Below, piece after piece: positions 37,929 to 46,842 of a DNA stretch of 51,530 nt. Position 1 is the stretch's first letter. Each line of letters begins with the position of its first letter. Source of the DNA: Bacteroidales bacterium (lineage in GTDB: Bacteria > Bacteroidota > Bacteroidia > Bacteroidales > UBA3824); NCBI GenBank assembly GCA_017964465.1, contig JAGCRY010000100.1:1-51530 (forward strand), given 5' to 3'. A model generated the notes under the pieces. That model did not search any database and was not told where the DNA came from. It saw nothing but the letters and a program-made list of their open reading frames with translations. The position numbers and the translations under genes are program-made.

Positions 37929-38330
37929 ATGGCAGTATTAGAAGCAGAAGGCAAACTCTTCAAAGTGCTCGAACGTAGATCTGGCACGTCTCAGAGCAAC
38001 GGCAATCCATGGTCATCCCAAGACTTCGTTCTTGAAATTCCTGGACAATATCCAGCATACGCGGTATTCAACGTATTCAACGACCGCGTACAACTCAACC
38101 AATTCAAAGAAGGAGAATACGTCAAGGTCTCTTTTGATTTCAGGGGACACGAGTATCAAGGACGTTGGTTCAATCAACTCAACGCTTGGAAAATGGAGCG
38201 TCCAGGCACAGGCGAAACGCCACAAGGTCCCACAAATGGACAAACAACACCTGACCCTCAAGCCGCCCCCGCTCCTCCGACTGGTCCGGCAGAGCAACCA
38301 CAGCAAGGCGGTGACGATCTCCCATTCTAA
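37929..38330 (+). CDS. DUF3127-like OB-fold protein with Pro/Gln-rich linker and SSB-like C-terminal tip
   Basis: About 95 aa of beta-rich core (GKLFKVLERRSGTSQSNGNPWSSQDFVLEI...VKVSFDFRGHEYQGRWFNQLNAWKM). A P/Q/G/T-rich linker follows, and the protein ends in GGDDLPF. Confidence 0.7.
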   Translation: MAVLEAEGKLFKVLERRSGTSQSNGNPWSSQDFVLEIPGQYPAYAVFNVFNDRVQLNQFKEGEYVKVSFDFRGHEYQGRWFNQLNAWKMERPGTGETPQGPTNGQTTPDPQAAPAPPTGPAEQPQQGGDDLPF

Positions 38331-38361
38331 TCGTCAACACATTCCAACAATGTACCCAATT

Positions 38362-38418
38362 CATAATGCATAATTCATAATCGCCATCTGGCTTGTGAAT
38401 TGTGCATTATGTTTTTTT
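38362..38418 (+). terminator. Rho-independent terminator built from the CATAATGCATAATTCATAAT hairpin repeat
   Basis: Left arm 38362-38385, loop ATCT, right arm 38390-38411 (about 22 bp, including two G:U pairs and a small bulge), then TTTTTTT at 38412-38418. Confidence 0.75.
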
Positions 38419-38434
38419 ACAAACAATCACAACA

Positions 38435-38971
38435 ATGAAGTACTTGTTATCTTTGATTTTGACGGTCATAATCGCCACGACAAACACAAACGCACAATTT
38501 GTGAAAAAATCCACGGACATCGTGTGCCTCGTACCATCGGCTGTTGCTGCGGTGAACACATTGGCACGCCACGACAGGAAAGGCATGTTGCAGTTAGGAC
38601 TTTCGTCCGCAACCTGCATCGCTGTCAACTACGGTTTGGAAGCAATGATTACCAAAGAACGACCCGACGGCACAGGCAGCCACGCCTTTCCAAGCACTCA
38701 CACCGCCGCAGCCTTCAATGGCGCGACATTTCTCCTGAGACGCTACGGATGGAAATGGGGCGTGCCTGCATACGCAGTCGCAACTTACGTCGGCTGGGGT
38801 CGCATATATTCCGACCGACACGACATCTGGGACGTACTCGGCGGCGCGGCATTAGGTGCGGGGACAGCATTGATATTCGCCCGCCCATATAAAACACAAA
38901 ACGCCGAAATAACCATATCTCCAACATTTGGAAGCGGAAGATACGGCATTTCGGCGGTGATGAAATTTTGA
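38435..38971 (+). CDS. PAP2 (type 2 phosphatidic acid phosphatase) superfamily membrane phosphatase
   Basis: The three PAP2 motifs are KERPDG, PSTHTAAAF and SDRHDIWDVLGGAALG. Start moved to MKYLL (38435) because 38402 lies in the terminator stem. Confidence 0.8.
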   Translation: MKYLLSLILTVIIATTNTNAQFVKKSTDIVCLVPSAVAAVNTLARHDRKGMLQLGLSSATCIAVNYGLEAMITKERPDGTGSHAFPSTHTAAAFNGATFLLRRYGWKWGVPAYAVATYVGWGRIYSDRHDIWDVLGGAALGAGTALIFARPYKTQNAEITISPTFGSGRYGISAVMKF

Positions 38972-38982
38972 ATGTCAACGAC

Positions 38983-41301
38983 TTAGTTCCTGTCCCACCA
39001 ACTCTTGTTGGAAATCATGAAGCCGATGTTGAACATATAATAGAAATGGCTCTTGCCATGAGGTTCATATCGGAGATTGAAAGCCACAGGACCGAGCATT
39101 GTATGATATACAAACGCGGTATTGAAAAAATACTGGTATCCATCCAATTTGCCTGAAGACTTTTTGAGGCAATAATGTCCGTCCTCGACCCTCAGACGCT
39201 CCTGCTCAAATGGCTGGAAATAATATCCACAAAGCCTCCACGTAAAATTGTCATTGAACCTGTACATTCCGCCCACACTCACAGCGGCGAAAACATCAGC
39301 CCTATAATCCTCAAAGACCATCGTCTTTGTGTATTCAATCGGGCGGTAGGCATTGGTGGTGAGCATCTGCACCATCGGGTTGGAAAGTTTTGAATGGTCA
39401 CTCACGTTTAACTCCAATGAATACGGTATGCACCACTTGCCAAAGTTCCAGTTATAATTTTCATACTTGACATAAGCATCCCAAAACTTCTTGTCCTTGT
39501 CTCCGGGGACATACTTCTCTTCATCAGGCACGCTGCCCGCGCGGAATTTTTCACCAGCTACAGTCCTTTTAACCTGCATGAGGAACGACGTTCCACGTGT
39601 CGGATAAGTGAAATGATCGAGCCGGCTGCGCTCATACGTCACATGCAAACCAGCATAATTGAAAGTTGTCTTGTCTTTTTTGTATGATGACTCAAACTTC
39701 GGCGACAAGAAATAGCTCTCCGAAAATCTGCCAGTGGAAACACCAAACAAAAATTGTCCACCCATTCCGACTGGCACAATGGCATTTGCGTAATACTCCA
39801 AGTTGTTTTTTATGGAAGTTGGGCTGCGAGTATCGATGAAAAATACATCGGGATCAGCCTCCATGTAGTCGAACCTGTTGAGTTGGAACGCGGTTTCAAG
39901 GCTGAAAAGCAACGCCGTCGGGAAATACGCCCTCATATATGCGCGTCCAGACGTGTAGAAACGTCCAAAATAGCCATTAACACTCACATTTACAGGAATA
40001 TATCCATAGAACCTGTGCGCAAGTTCCAGAAAACCCTCGCACGATGCCGACGTGGAGACATTACCACCAATCTTCGCGCTCATATTCTTACTGCGCGACA
40101 GGCTCAAGTCGAGCGAATAACCCTCGGTGTAAGGATTGTAGGTTGTAGTGGGATAGATTCGGTCAATGGTTGGGTCAACCGCCACCTTATAGAACTCCCT
40201 TCGCATATCGTCAAGGCTGAGCGTGTCATGCTTGAATTTTTTGAATGTCTTGAGAATATACTGACCATGGAGATGACGAATGCCGGAGATATTGATGGCA
40301 TTGAAGACAAGCGGACGAAGTTTGGCTTTGAAGGCATTACGCTTGGCATTGATTTCCTCCGAGGAAACACGGCGCGTAATCTGACTTTTGAGGCTGTCCA
40401 TTTTCTGCATCGCCTCCTTGTAGCCGAGTTCAATGAGTTCGTCACACTTGCTGAAATCCAAAGAGCTGTGGTTCAGCACGTCCGGCTGAAGCATAAGACC
40501 AGAATCGGCGGCGATTGTATAGTTGCTTGGGTCCATAACCATGTTTTCAATCTGCGAAACAAGGTCGTCTTCCGATGGATTTTCATTATTGCTCGACACT
40601 TGAACGCCAATGATATAGTCAGGTGCAAAATCCGACTTCATTGCATCAATCGGACAATTATTATAGATTCCGCCATCAAAAAGCAGTCCATCTCGATATA
40701 CTACAGGCTTGAAATACAACGGTATAGCCATGCTCGCCCTCACAGCTGTGGAAAGATTGCCATGGTCGAAGATGATGGACTTTTTGGCATAGACATCAGA
40801 CGCTGCACATCGGAAAGGAACCATCAAAGAATCAAAATCATAATTTGCAGCCGCGCCGCCCGGTCCCATAATTTCCTCAAACGCAAAGTCCATCTGATAG
40901 GACGAAACAATATTTGTGGGCAAATACACCTTCAAAGTGGTGTCGCGGTTGAATTTCAATGACAGCATCGCCGCTGACGGCTCATCCTGCATATAATAAT
41001 ACCTCAGGTCTGATTCCGTGACACCATTTAGCCAGTTGCGGAATTTTTCGGAGTGGAACAACTCTGTCATCTCATCAGTCGTGTACCCCAAGGAATACAA
41101 AGCACCAATGATGGAACCCATCGACGTGCCTGTCACATAATCGATCGGAATGTTGTTTTCTTCCAATGCCTTCAGTACGCCAATGTGCGCCAATCCCTTT
41201 GCGCCGCCGCCACTAAGCACAAGACCGACTTTCTGTGCAAAAGACGATACAGATACCATCATCATGGCAAATATCATAAAGAAAATCTTTATACGTTTCA
41301 T
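38983..41301 (-). CDS. Patatin-like phospholipase fused to an Omp85-type C-terminal barrel (PlpD-like, type Vd autotransporter architecture)
   Basis: Signal peptide; oxyanion GLVLSGGGAKGLAHIGVL; lipase serine GTSMGS; catalytic Asp context LFDGGIYNN. About 450 aa of beta-rich C-terminus ends in an aromatic-rich segment. Confidence 0.85.
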   Translation of the reverse strand: MKRIKIFFMIFAMMMVSVSSFAQKVGLVLSGGGAKGLAHIGVLKALEENNIPIDYVTGTSMGSIIGALYSLGYTTDEMTELFHSEKFRNWLNGVTESDLRYYYMQDEPSAAMLSLKFNRDTTLKVYLPTNIVSSYQMDFAFEEIMGPGGAAANYDFDSLMVPFRCAASDVYAKKSIIFDHGNLSTAVRASMAIPLYFKPVVYRDGLLFDGGIYNNCPIDAMKSDFAPDYIIGVQVSSNNENPSEDDLVSQIENMVMDPSNYTIAADSGLMLQPDVLNHSSLDFSKCDELIELGYKEAMQKMDSLKSQITRRVSSEEINAKRNAFKAKLRPLVFNAINISGIRHLHGQYILKTFKKFKHDTLSLDDMRREFYKVAVDPTIDRIYPTTTYNPYTEGYSLDLSLSRSKNMSAKIGGNVSTSASCEGFLELAHRFYGYIPVNVSVNGYFGRFYTSGRAYMRAYFPTALLFSLETAFQLNRFDYMEADPDVFFIDTRSPTSIKNNLEYYANAIVPVGMGGQFLFGVSTGRFSESYFLSPKFESSYKKDKTTFNYAGLHVTYERSRLDHFTYPTRGTSFLMQVKRTVAGEKFRAGSVPDEEKYVPGDKDKKFWDAYVKYENYNWNFGKWCIPYSLELNVSDHSKLSNPMVQMLTTNAYRPIEYTKTMVFEDYRADVFAAVSVGGMYRFNDNFTWRLCGYYFQPFEQERLRVEDGHYCLKKSSGKLDGYQYFFNTAFVYHTMLGPVAFNLRYEPHGKSHFYYMFNIGFMISNKSWWDRN

Positions 41302-41306
41302 TAGTC

Positions 41307-41390
41307 TAAAGTTTAAAGTTTATATTTTAAAGTTGAAAGTATAATGTGTATTGTTTAAAGTGTAGAGTTTTAAAGTGTAAAGTTTAAAGC
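41307..41390. repeat. Cluster of TAAAGT hexamers (six exact copies plus GAAAGT and TAAAGC variants) in the patatin upstream region
   Basis: Exact copies start at 41307, 41314, 41328, 41356, 41371 and 41378. Several are embedded in GTTTAAAGT. Confidence 0.6.
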
Positions 41391-41403
41391 GTAGATTTTT
41401 AAA

Positions 41404-43308
41404 TCATTTCAGCAATCTGATTCCATCGATGTTTTGGCAATCCATTCGAGGGAAGATGCTTATTCGCCGTGCCGTGCCTTCACGCTCCATGTTTCGGTAG
41501 ATATGGTCGAAAAGGTGCTTCATGTCAAGAGACGACCTTGACTGACCGTAAGTTTTGAGCGTGGAAAGCAGATAATGAGTGAACATTCCATGCGATGTAT
41601 TGTCAACCACAGGATTCATCACATTACTGCTTGAAGCATACATCAGGCAAGTCCTTTGGTCGGTGACCATCGGGAATGCGGCGTTAGACAAAATGGAGCT
41701 GCCTGGCGTTACAAATGAATTGCCGTCCCTATCAACTCCGGCAAATGAAGTCTCAAAGAAGCACGCAAGTGTATGTATGTCATACGAACGCAACGCCTTC
41801 AATAGAGTTGAAAGTGGGTAGCCCGTCTCTAATGGTCTTGAAACATTGGAGTCATAGAGCATCAGACATGGCTCCATACCATTGTTTGCACAAACTCCAA
41901 GCCCCGAAAAATAAAATATCAAATCCACGCCAGCCTTTCCGTATGCCTTCGACTGCAAAAGTCCGCGAACTTTGAATATATCAAGAACATCATTGAGAGT
42001 CGCTTTCTGATTGAGGACATAGACGATATTGTTTCGAGGAACGTTCATCACCTTCACAAGATAATTGTAAAAAACATTTGCATCATTTGTGGCATACTTT
42101 GCCTTTGGCATCCTCATGTAGCTCTCCACTCCCACAATGACCGCGTATGTGTTTTCGGCATTGTTTAGTGTGAAAGGCAAACCGGAATTAATGTCCCTTG
42201 TATCCGCCTCGCGAAGATTGAACGTCAAGGAGATATTTCCATCACTCTCGCGGTGTATTGGAGTGATAGGATTGTTAAGCACAACAGTCATAGGGACAGT
42301 CTCTGCAAGGCGTCCTTCATTATCAGTGAGGTCAATCTTGAAAATCAACTGCGACACAGGACATAGTGGACTTACCTTGAATTTCAAGTCAAGCTTCTGA
42401 CTTTCATTACGGTCGAGGTCACGGAGATATTGCGGGACGTCCTGGTCAATCACTGTGACATGTCCACTGACCGAATAGAACGTCGCTTTTAGTCCGTCAC
42501 ATTTGCCATATCCTTGGTTTCTCATCGTGACAGCAAGACGTATTGTCTCACCAGGAGAAACGCGGCAGTCTCCATTGCCAAGTCTTTCTCCGTTTGTATC
42601 CATGCCGTCCTCAATCTCGTATGCAACCACACGCATCGCCGCGCTGTAATCTTTTATCCTCTCATACAATTTAGTGCCGAAAGCTCCAAATTTATCAATC
42701 CCGACCAACTGTTTCCCATAGAGAATGATACCAGCGTTGTTGCCATAATACACCTCGTTTGGAATATGCCCAACGTACTTGTCGTTGATGAAAAACATGA
42801 TTTCATCATTGGCGTATTGGACTCGCAGCTTGTTCCTTGGGTAAACGTTCTTACTTTTGTCATTTTTGTCAACAACAAGTTTGTTGATAATTGTATCGGT
42901 CTTTGGTCCGAGAAGATACTTTCCTTCGCGTCCAGCGACCATCTTCCTCACAAAGAAACGGCCACCTGGGGTGATTGCGAATGAAAAATAGCCTCCCCTA
43001 CCCTTGCCCCACACAATGCCATAGCCGCCATCTGCAGCAGAGCTTTCTCCACAAGCACCTTCTGTCTCAATATAATAATTGTCGCCGAGATACATCTTGA
43101 TAGGGATGTCGAAAATCTTAGAGCCGATGTCGCGCTTGTGCTCCAAAAGATAATAGCCTTTTATGAAACGCGCCGTATAATCGTCTGTGACGTCCTCCGG
43201 CCATCCTGCACTGTTGCTGTCAAAAGTTTCCCTTAGCACAGTTTCTTTCACCTGTGCTAACCCCATGAAAGGCAGGAACATTGCTATTATCAAAAACAAT
43301 ATGCGCAT
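41404..43308 (-). CDS. Secreted multidomain protein: LamG/jelly-roll-like N-domain, Ig-like middle domain, caspase (C14)-like C-domain with substituted catalytic dyad
   Basis: Signal peptide MRILFLIIAMFLPFMGLAQ (start set at 43308; the 43437 start would run through the upstream gene). The caspase-like block is YAVIVGVESY...NDANVFYNYL...DLIFYFSGLGV...ACFFETSFAG. Confidence 0.65.
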   Translation of the reverse strand: MRILFLIIAMFLPFMGLAQVKETVLRETFDSNSAGWPEDVTDDYTARFIKGYYLLEHKRDIGSKIFDIPIKMYLGDNYYIETEGACGESSAADGGYGIVWGKGRGGYFSFAITPGGRFFVRKMVAGREGKYLLGPKTDTIINKLVVDKNDKSKNVYPRNKLRVQYANDEIMFFINDKYVGHIPNEVYYGNNAGIILYGKQLVGIDKFGAFGTKLYERIKDYSAAMRVVAYEIEDGMDTNGERLGNGDCRVSPGETIRLAVTMRNQGYGKCDGLKATFYSVSGHVTVIDQDVPQYLRDLDRNESQKLDLKFKVSPLCPVSQLIFKIDLTDNEGRLAETVPMTVVLNNPITPIHRESDGNISLTFNLREADTRDINSGLPFTLNNAENTYAVIVGVESYMRMPKAKYATNDANVFYNYLVKVMNVPRNNIVYVLNQKATLNDVLDIFKVRGLLQSKAYGKAGVDLIFYFSGLGVCANNGMEPCLMLYDSNVSRPLETGYPLSTLLKALRSYDIHTLACFFETSFAGVDRDGNSFVTPGSSILSNAAFPMVTDQRTCLMYASSSNVMNPVVDNTSHGMFTHYLLSTLKTYGQSRSSLDMKHLFDHIYRNMEREGTARRISIFPRMDCQNIDGIRLLK

Positions 43309-43313
43309 GCGTG

Positions 43314-43625
43314 TCAAAATTTGATGAAAAGCGTAATCAGGAGCAGCAGCACGACTGAGATGATGAGACCTTTTGCGCCCTGATCCCAACTCTTCTTGGT
43401 GAAATAATAAAACACAAGCAATACCGGCGAGGCACACAGGCTAATCATCTTCATGACCGCCTCAGCCTTGAACTGCGTGAACATTCCGCCGAAAGTAATC
43501 TGCGGGTAAAATCTGGCGTACCAATATAGTACAAACACCAGCATAGGCACAACGAGACCGACGCCGATGCCAGCCAAAATACTGTTGAACTTTGAGCCTT
43601 TTTCGTTTCTTCCGTGAACTTCCAT
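43314..43625 (-). CDS. Small membrane protein (3 predicted TM helices)
   Basis: Hydrophobic segments ILAGIGVGLVVPMLVFVLYWY, MKMISLCASPVLLVFYYF and LIISVVLLLLITLFI. Start set at MEVHG (43625) because a TAATTTTG box lies inside the longer ORF. There is a 5-nt gap to the caspase-like gene. Confidence 0.5.
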   Translation of the reverse strand: MEVHGRNEKGSKFNSILAGIGVGLVVPMLVFVLYWYARFYPQITFGGMFTQFKAEAVMKMISLCASPVLLVFYYFTKKSWDQGAKGLIISVVLLLLITLFIKF

Positions 43626-43660
43626 TTTCTTTTTTAAGACATGATTATAGTTATTCGCTG

Positions 43661-43668
43661 CAAAATTA
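43661..43668 (-). promoter_or_regulatory. -7 box TAATTTTG upstream of the small membrane protein / caspase-like gene pair
   Basis: The minus-strand TAATTTTG lies about 36 nt upstream of the ATG at 43625. Confidence 0.4.
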
Positions 43669-43767
43669 ATCATTTTTTGTCACAATTCCACAAAAAAAGG
43701 TACTCGCAAAAACATTTGTACGAGTACCTATGACAAAAAATCTATTATCATGAAAACTTGTTTGCTA

Positions 43768-44562
43768 TTACATTCCGCTCTTGCCCTTGATTTTGCGGCG
43801 GATTTTTTCAGCTGTCCAGTTGTGGATGCAGAGCCAGCGTGTCATCGGCAGGTTGTAGCTGATGCAGACAAAGATATGTCCCTTTACGTCGTCAGTCTTC
43901 ACAAACTCCTTGAACATATAGTCAACATTCACATTCAACATGCTGTAATTGAAACCGAAGGTCGCAGCCATGGCGAAAGTGTTCTTGTCGTCAACCTTTC
44001 CGCCATAATTGTCGGCTGTCCAACCGTCTGCAATTTGTTTTTGCTTTACACCGACATTGATGATAGGCTTAATGCCGACACACACATACTTCATGTCACG
44101 GTAGATGTCCGAGCTGCTGAACTTGAACAAGACAGGAATCTGTACGCCTGTCGCACGATACCTGTTTTTCAACGTCACTTTCATTTCTTTACCATCATTT
44201 GTCAAATAGGTTCCCTTGAGGTTGTTTTGTACACCATAATTGATGTATTCTACACCTGACACAACGCCCATTCTGTTGTTGAGCAAGTCATAGTTGTAGA
44301 GGAAGCCCAAATGATAGCCTGCGGTTGGCATGGTGAATCCGCTCTTCTCCTGCGGAATGTCACCATAAGAGGTTTTCAGGTACATATTCGGGTCGCTTTT
44401 ACCCATGGTGCTGCCGAAACCAAGGTTCACACCCATCACAAAGTTCCAGTAGCGGTATTCCGACTTGCTGATGCCTTCCATACCCATGCCACCAATTCCC
44501 TGTGACATGGCTGGCAACGCGGCGACAACCGCCATGATTATTATCAGAAATATCTTTTTCAT
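43768..44562 (-). CDS. Outer-membrane beta-barrel protein (small porin-like family)
   Basis: Signal peptide MKKIFLIIIMAVVAALPAMSQ. Alternating hydrophobic beta-strand pattern (GYHLGFLYNY, MGVVSGVEYINYG, ATFGFNYSMLNVNVDYMF). A basic tail of about 25 aa follows the last strand. Confidence 0.65.
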   Translation of the reverse strand: MKKIFLIIIMAVVAALPAMSQGIGGMGMEGISKSEYRYWNFVMGVNLGFGSTMGKSDPNMYLKTSYGDIPQEKSGFTMPTAGYHLGFLYNYDLLNNRMGVVSGVEYINYGVQNNLKGTYLTNDGKEMKVTLKNRYRATGVQIPVLFKFSSSDIYRDMKYVCVGIKPIINVGVKQKQIADGWTADNYGGKVDDKNTFAMAATFGFNYSMLNVNVDYMFKEFVKTDDVKGHIFVCISYNLPMTRWLCIHNWTAEKIRRKIKGKSGM

Positions 44563-44602
44563 AATGACAACATTTATTTTCGTTTAACAAATCGGATATT
44601 GA

Positions 44603-46582
44603 CTACGGAATGTACTCCCAATTATCGCTGAGCGTCTTGTATCCTTCGAGGTCATAACCTTCTCCGAAAGAGAACATACCACGAATGTTCATATTCTCAA
44701 CATCGCCAAACTTCCTAACGAGGTAATCGTCAAGACGGTTTACTGTAAATCCGACAGCACCCTGACGGACGACAGTGCTCGAACAATCTGCCTTGCGCGA
44801 CCATTGTTTGGAGACGAAATCGTAGCACCAGAAATCATTGAGGAGTTTCGTCGGGTCAGGATTTTTGTTGAACTCGCTTTCGCTGCATGTACGTCCTGTG
44901 CCGACATACATTCTGTCATAATTGATACCATCCCTGGTGAAATTGAGATAGAATGAAGCGGCATTTGCGCGAGGTTTGAAACCTGTTTCAGAGTCGTTGA
45001 ACACATCATTTGCCTGCAAAGGCGTCATGCTTATGCTCTGGGAATTAACAGAATATGTCAAAGTGTAGAAATTCCTTGAAAGTTCACCATTATTCCTGCT
45101 GCTTTCGCCAGTACCGATAACAACCCTGTCACCACATCTGATGCAGATAGGCTGATAGAAACCTTCTGCGGTCTTGTCACTGTTTGTCGAACGGCTTTCC
45201 CATGCGTATGAATAACGGTCAGAGCCCTGACGATCCCAGTCGTTTTGAGGAACATATTCATATATCGACGTTGAAACATGTTTCTGACCATCATTGGACA
45301 TGTCAGTTTTGCCGAATGCTACGAAATATTTCGTGAATCCTCTGTCTGTCAGAGAGAACGCCACACATCCAGCAATTCCGTATTTGATTCTTGAACCATC
45401 GGCGAGGTCTTTGTAGATTGGGAGTTCCTCGATATAACTGCGAGAAGAATGAGTGGTCAATTCTTTCGGATTTCCGTCTGGACCAAGGACATACTTGATT
45501 TTGCCATTGGCGTCTCGTGCAACAATCTTATTGCCATCCGAATCTAATTTGTAATTTCCATTTTCATCTCTCTCATATTCAACCTCATACAGAGGGTGGC
45601 CTTCTTCATCATGGACAACGAATTCGTTTCTTGCATTTGGATGATCCCTCTGGTCGGCAAACCTGTTTTCTGCGGTGCTGTAATAGAAAATAGTGCCAGT
45701 ATATTCTCCATTTGTTCCACACTCGCCACCAATAATGAACAACAAAACGTCATTCACCTCGGGATTAGGATTCGGATATGCAATCATCGCGCCATTACTA
45801 CGTCTCGCGGGACCTGTATGTCCATTCTCATTTTCAAATGTGCCCATCTGCTGCCATGTGTCGTTGGATGTGTCATACTTCCAAAGGTCATTAAAACGCA
45901 TCGTGCCCTGCTGACCGCCATAGACATACACATCGTCACCATTGTTGCAACAGAATGCATTTGTCCTCGACATCATCTTATCAGGAGCCGGCTTCCTCTG
46001 ATACCATACGTCAGACGGCAACACAGTTTTGTATTCAAGCGGGCGGCTGTTGTAAATCACAGAATCAGACTTGCCTTTGCCATCGCCTTCGCATATCGCG
46101 TAGGACCTTACAAAGTATGTTGAATTGAAATCCAAGCCTTCGATTTTACCTTCAAACTCAACATCTTGGTCGGAAGATGAAACATCTTTCTTGACCGACA
46201 AAACAACGCAGTTTTGCTTGTCAGTAATCACAGGCACCTTGTTGGAACGGGAATAAACAAAACCGACCTCCTTAATGCCGTTTCTTGTTGTATTGATGTT
46301 TTTGAATTCAGAATGGAGTATCGTATAACAGTTGAGGTTTTCGATTTGATAGTCGTTGATGGTGGTCTCAAATGAGTTTTTTACGATGGAATCCTTTGGA
46401 GACATTGCTTCCATATAACCACCTTCTTCAGTCACGACAGTGGTCAGGTCAGTGTTTTTTGTGTCTTTGTCGCCTACTACCACGTCAGGACGAACAATCG
46501 TCATGATGTCGCCTTCATCCTTGATACAGCCGGAAAGGAGTGCAAGCGCCACGATACACGTGAATAGATTTTTGTTTTTCAT
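44603..46582 (-). CDS. Kelch-repeat (beta-propeller) lipoprotein
   Basis: Lipobox LALLSGC. Kelch-like units include DDVYVYGGQQGTMRFNDLWKYDTSNDTWQQM, VLLFIIGGECG...IFYYS and MYVGTGR...LNDFWCYDFVSKQWS. Confidence 0.6.
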   Translation of the reverse strand: MKNKNLFTCIVALALLSGCIKDEGDIMTIVRPDVVVGDKDTKNTDLTTVVTEEGGYMEAMSPKDSIVKNSFETTINDYQIENLNCYTILHSEFKNINTTRNGIKEVGFVYSRSNKVPVITDKQNCVVLSVKKDVSSSDQDVEFEGKIEGLDFNSTYFVRSYAICEGDGKGKSDSVIYNSRPLEYKTVLPSDVWYQRKPAPDKMMSRTNAFCCNNGDDVYVYGGQQGTMRFNDLWKYDTSNDTWQQMGTFENENGHTGPARRSNGAMIAYPNPNPEVNDVLLFIIGGECGTNGEYTGTIFYYSTAENRFADQRDHPNARNEFVVHDEEGHPLYEVEYERDENGNYKLDSDGNKIVARDANGKIKYVLGPDGNPKELTTHSSRSYIEELPIYKDLADGSRIKYGIAGCVAFSLTDRGFTKYFVAFGKTDMSNDGQKHVSTSIYEYVPQNDWDRQGSDRYSYAWESRSTNSDKTAEGFYQPICIRCGDRVVIGTGESSRNNGELSRNFYTLTYSVNSQSISMTPLQANDVFNDSETGFKPRANAASFYLNFTRDGINYDRMYVGTGRTCSESEFNKNPDPTKLLNDFWCYDFVSKQWSRKADCSSTVVRQGAVGFTVNRLDDYLVRKFGDVENMNIRGMFSFGEGYDLEGYKTLSDNWEYIP

Positions 46583-46775
46583 GATTATATAGTTTTTTGT
46601 TAATTATCATCTTCAACATTCCAATGCCAAAAATCGTTCCAAAAAATAATGAAACGTTGCTTTTTTGTGAAAAATGTAACACAAATTCTACAAAAATACA
46701 CTTTTATCGCGGCGCAAAACTAATAAAAATTTTTGAAAGTCTTTCGATTAATTGTGTGTCAGAAAAAAAAAATCT

Positions 46776-46783
46776 TATTTTTG
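46776..46783 (+). promoter_or_regulatory. -7 box TATTTTTG upstream of the thioredoxin-domain gene
   Basis: The plus-strand TATTTTTG lies about 60 nt upstream of the ATG at 46843. Confidence 0.35.
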
Positions 46784-46842
46784 TGTAACATTTTTGCTTT
46801 TTCGCTGTCTATTGGGCGACAAACAAATAAAAATATAAGCAA

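Noticed and set aside
39754-40962. A 402-aa plus-strand ORF
   Set aside because: It lies entirely antisense to the patatin-Omp85 gene, which has clear catalytic motifs. The translation is Arg/Ile/His-rich with no motifs, typical of a shadow ORF.
43309-43437. An N-terminal extension of the caspase-like ORF (start at 43437)
   Set aside because: It would overlap the 3' end of the upstream small membrane protein gene by more than 120 nt. It would also place 43 non-signal residues before an otherwise perfect signal peptide that begins at MRILFLII (43308).
38983-43625. Patatin plus caspase-like genes as an anti-phage defence island (CBASS- or Craspase-like)
   Set aside because: Both proteins carry signal peptides and envelope-type domains. 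No cyclase, CRISPR, NTPase or nuclease partner is adjacent, and the caspase dyad appears lost. An envelope or secreted role fits better than cytoplasmic abortive infection.
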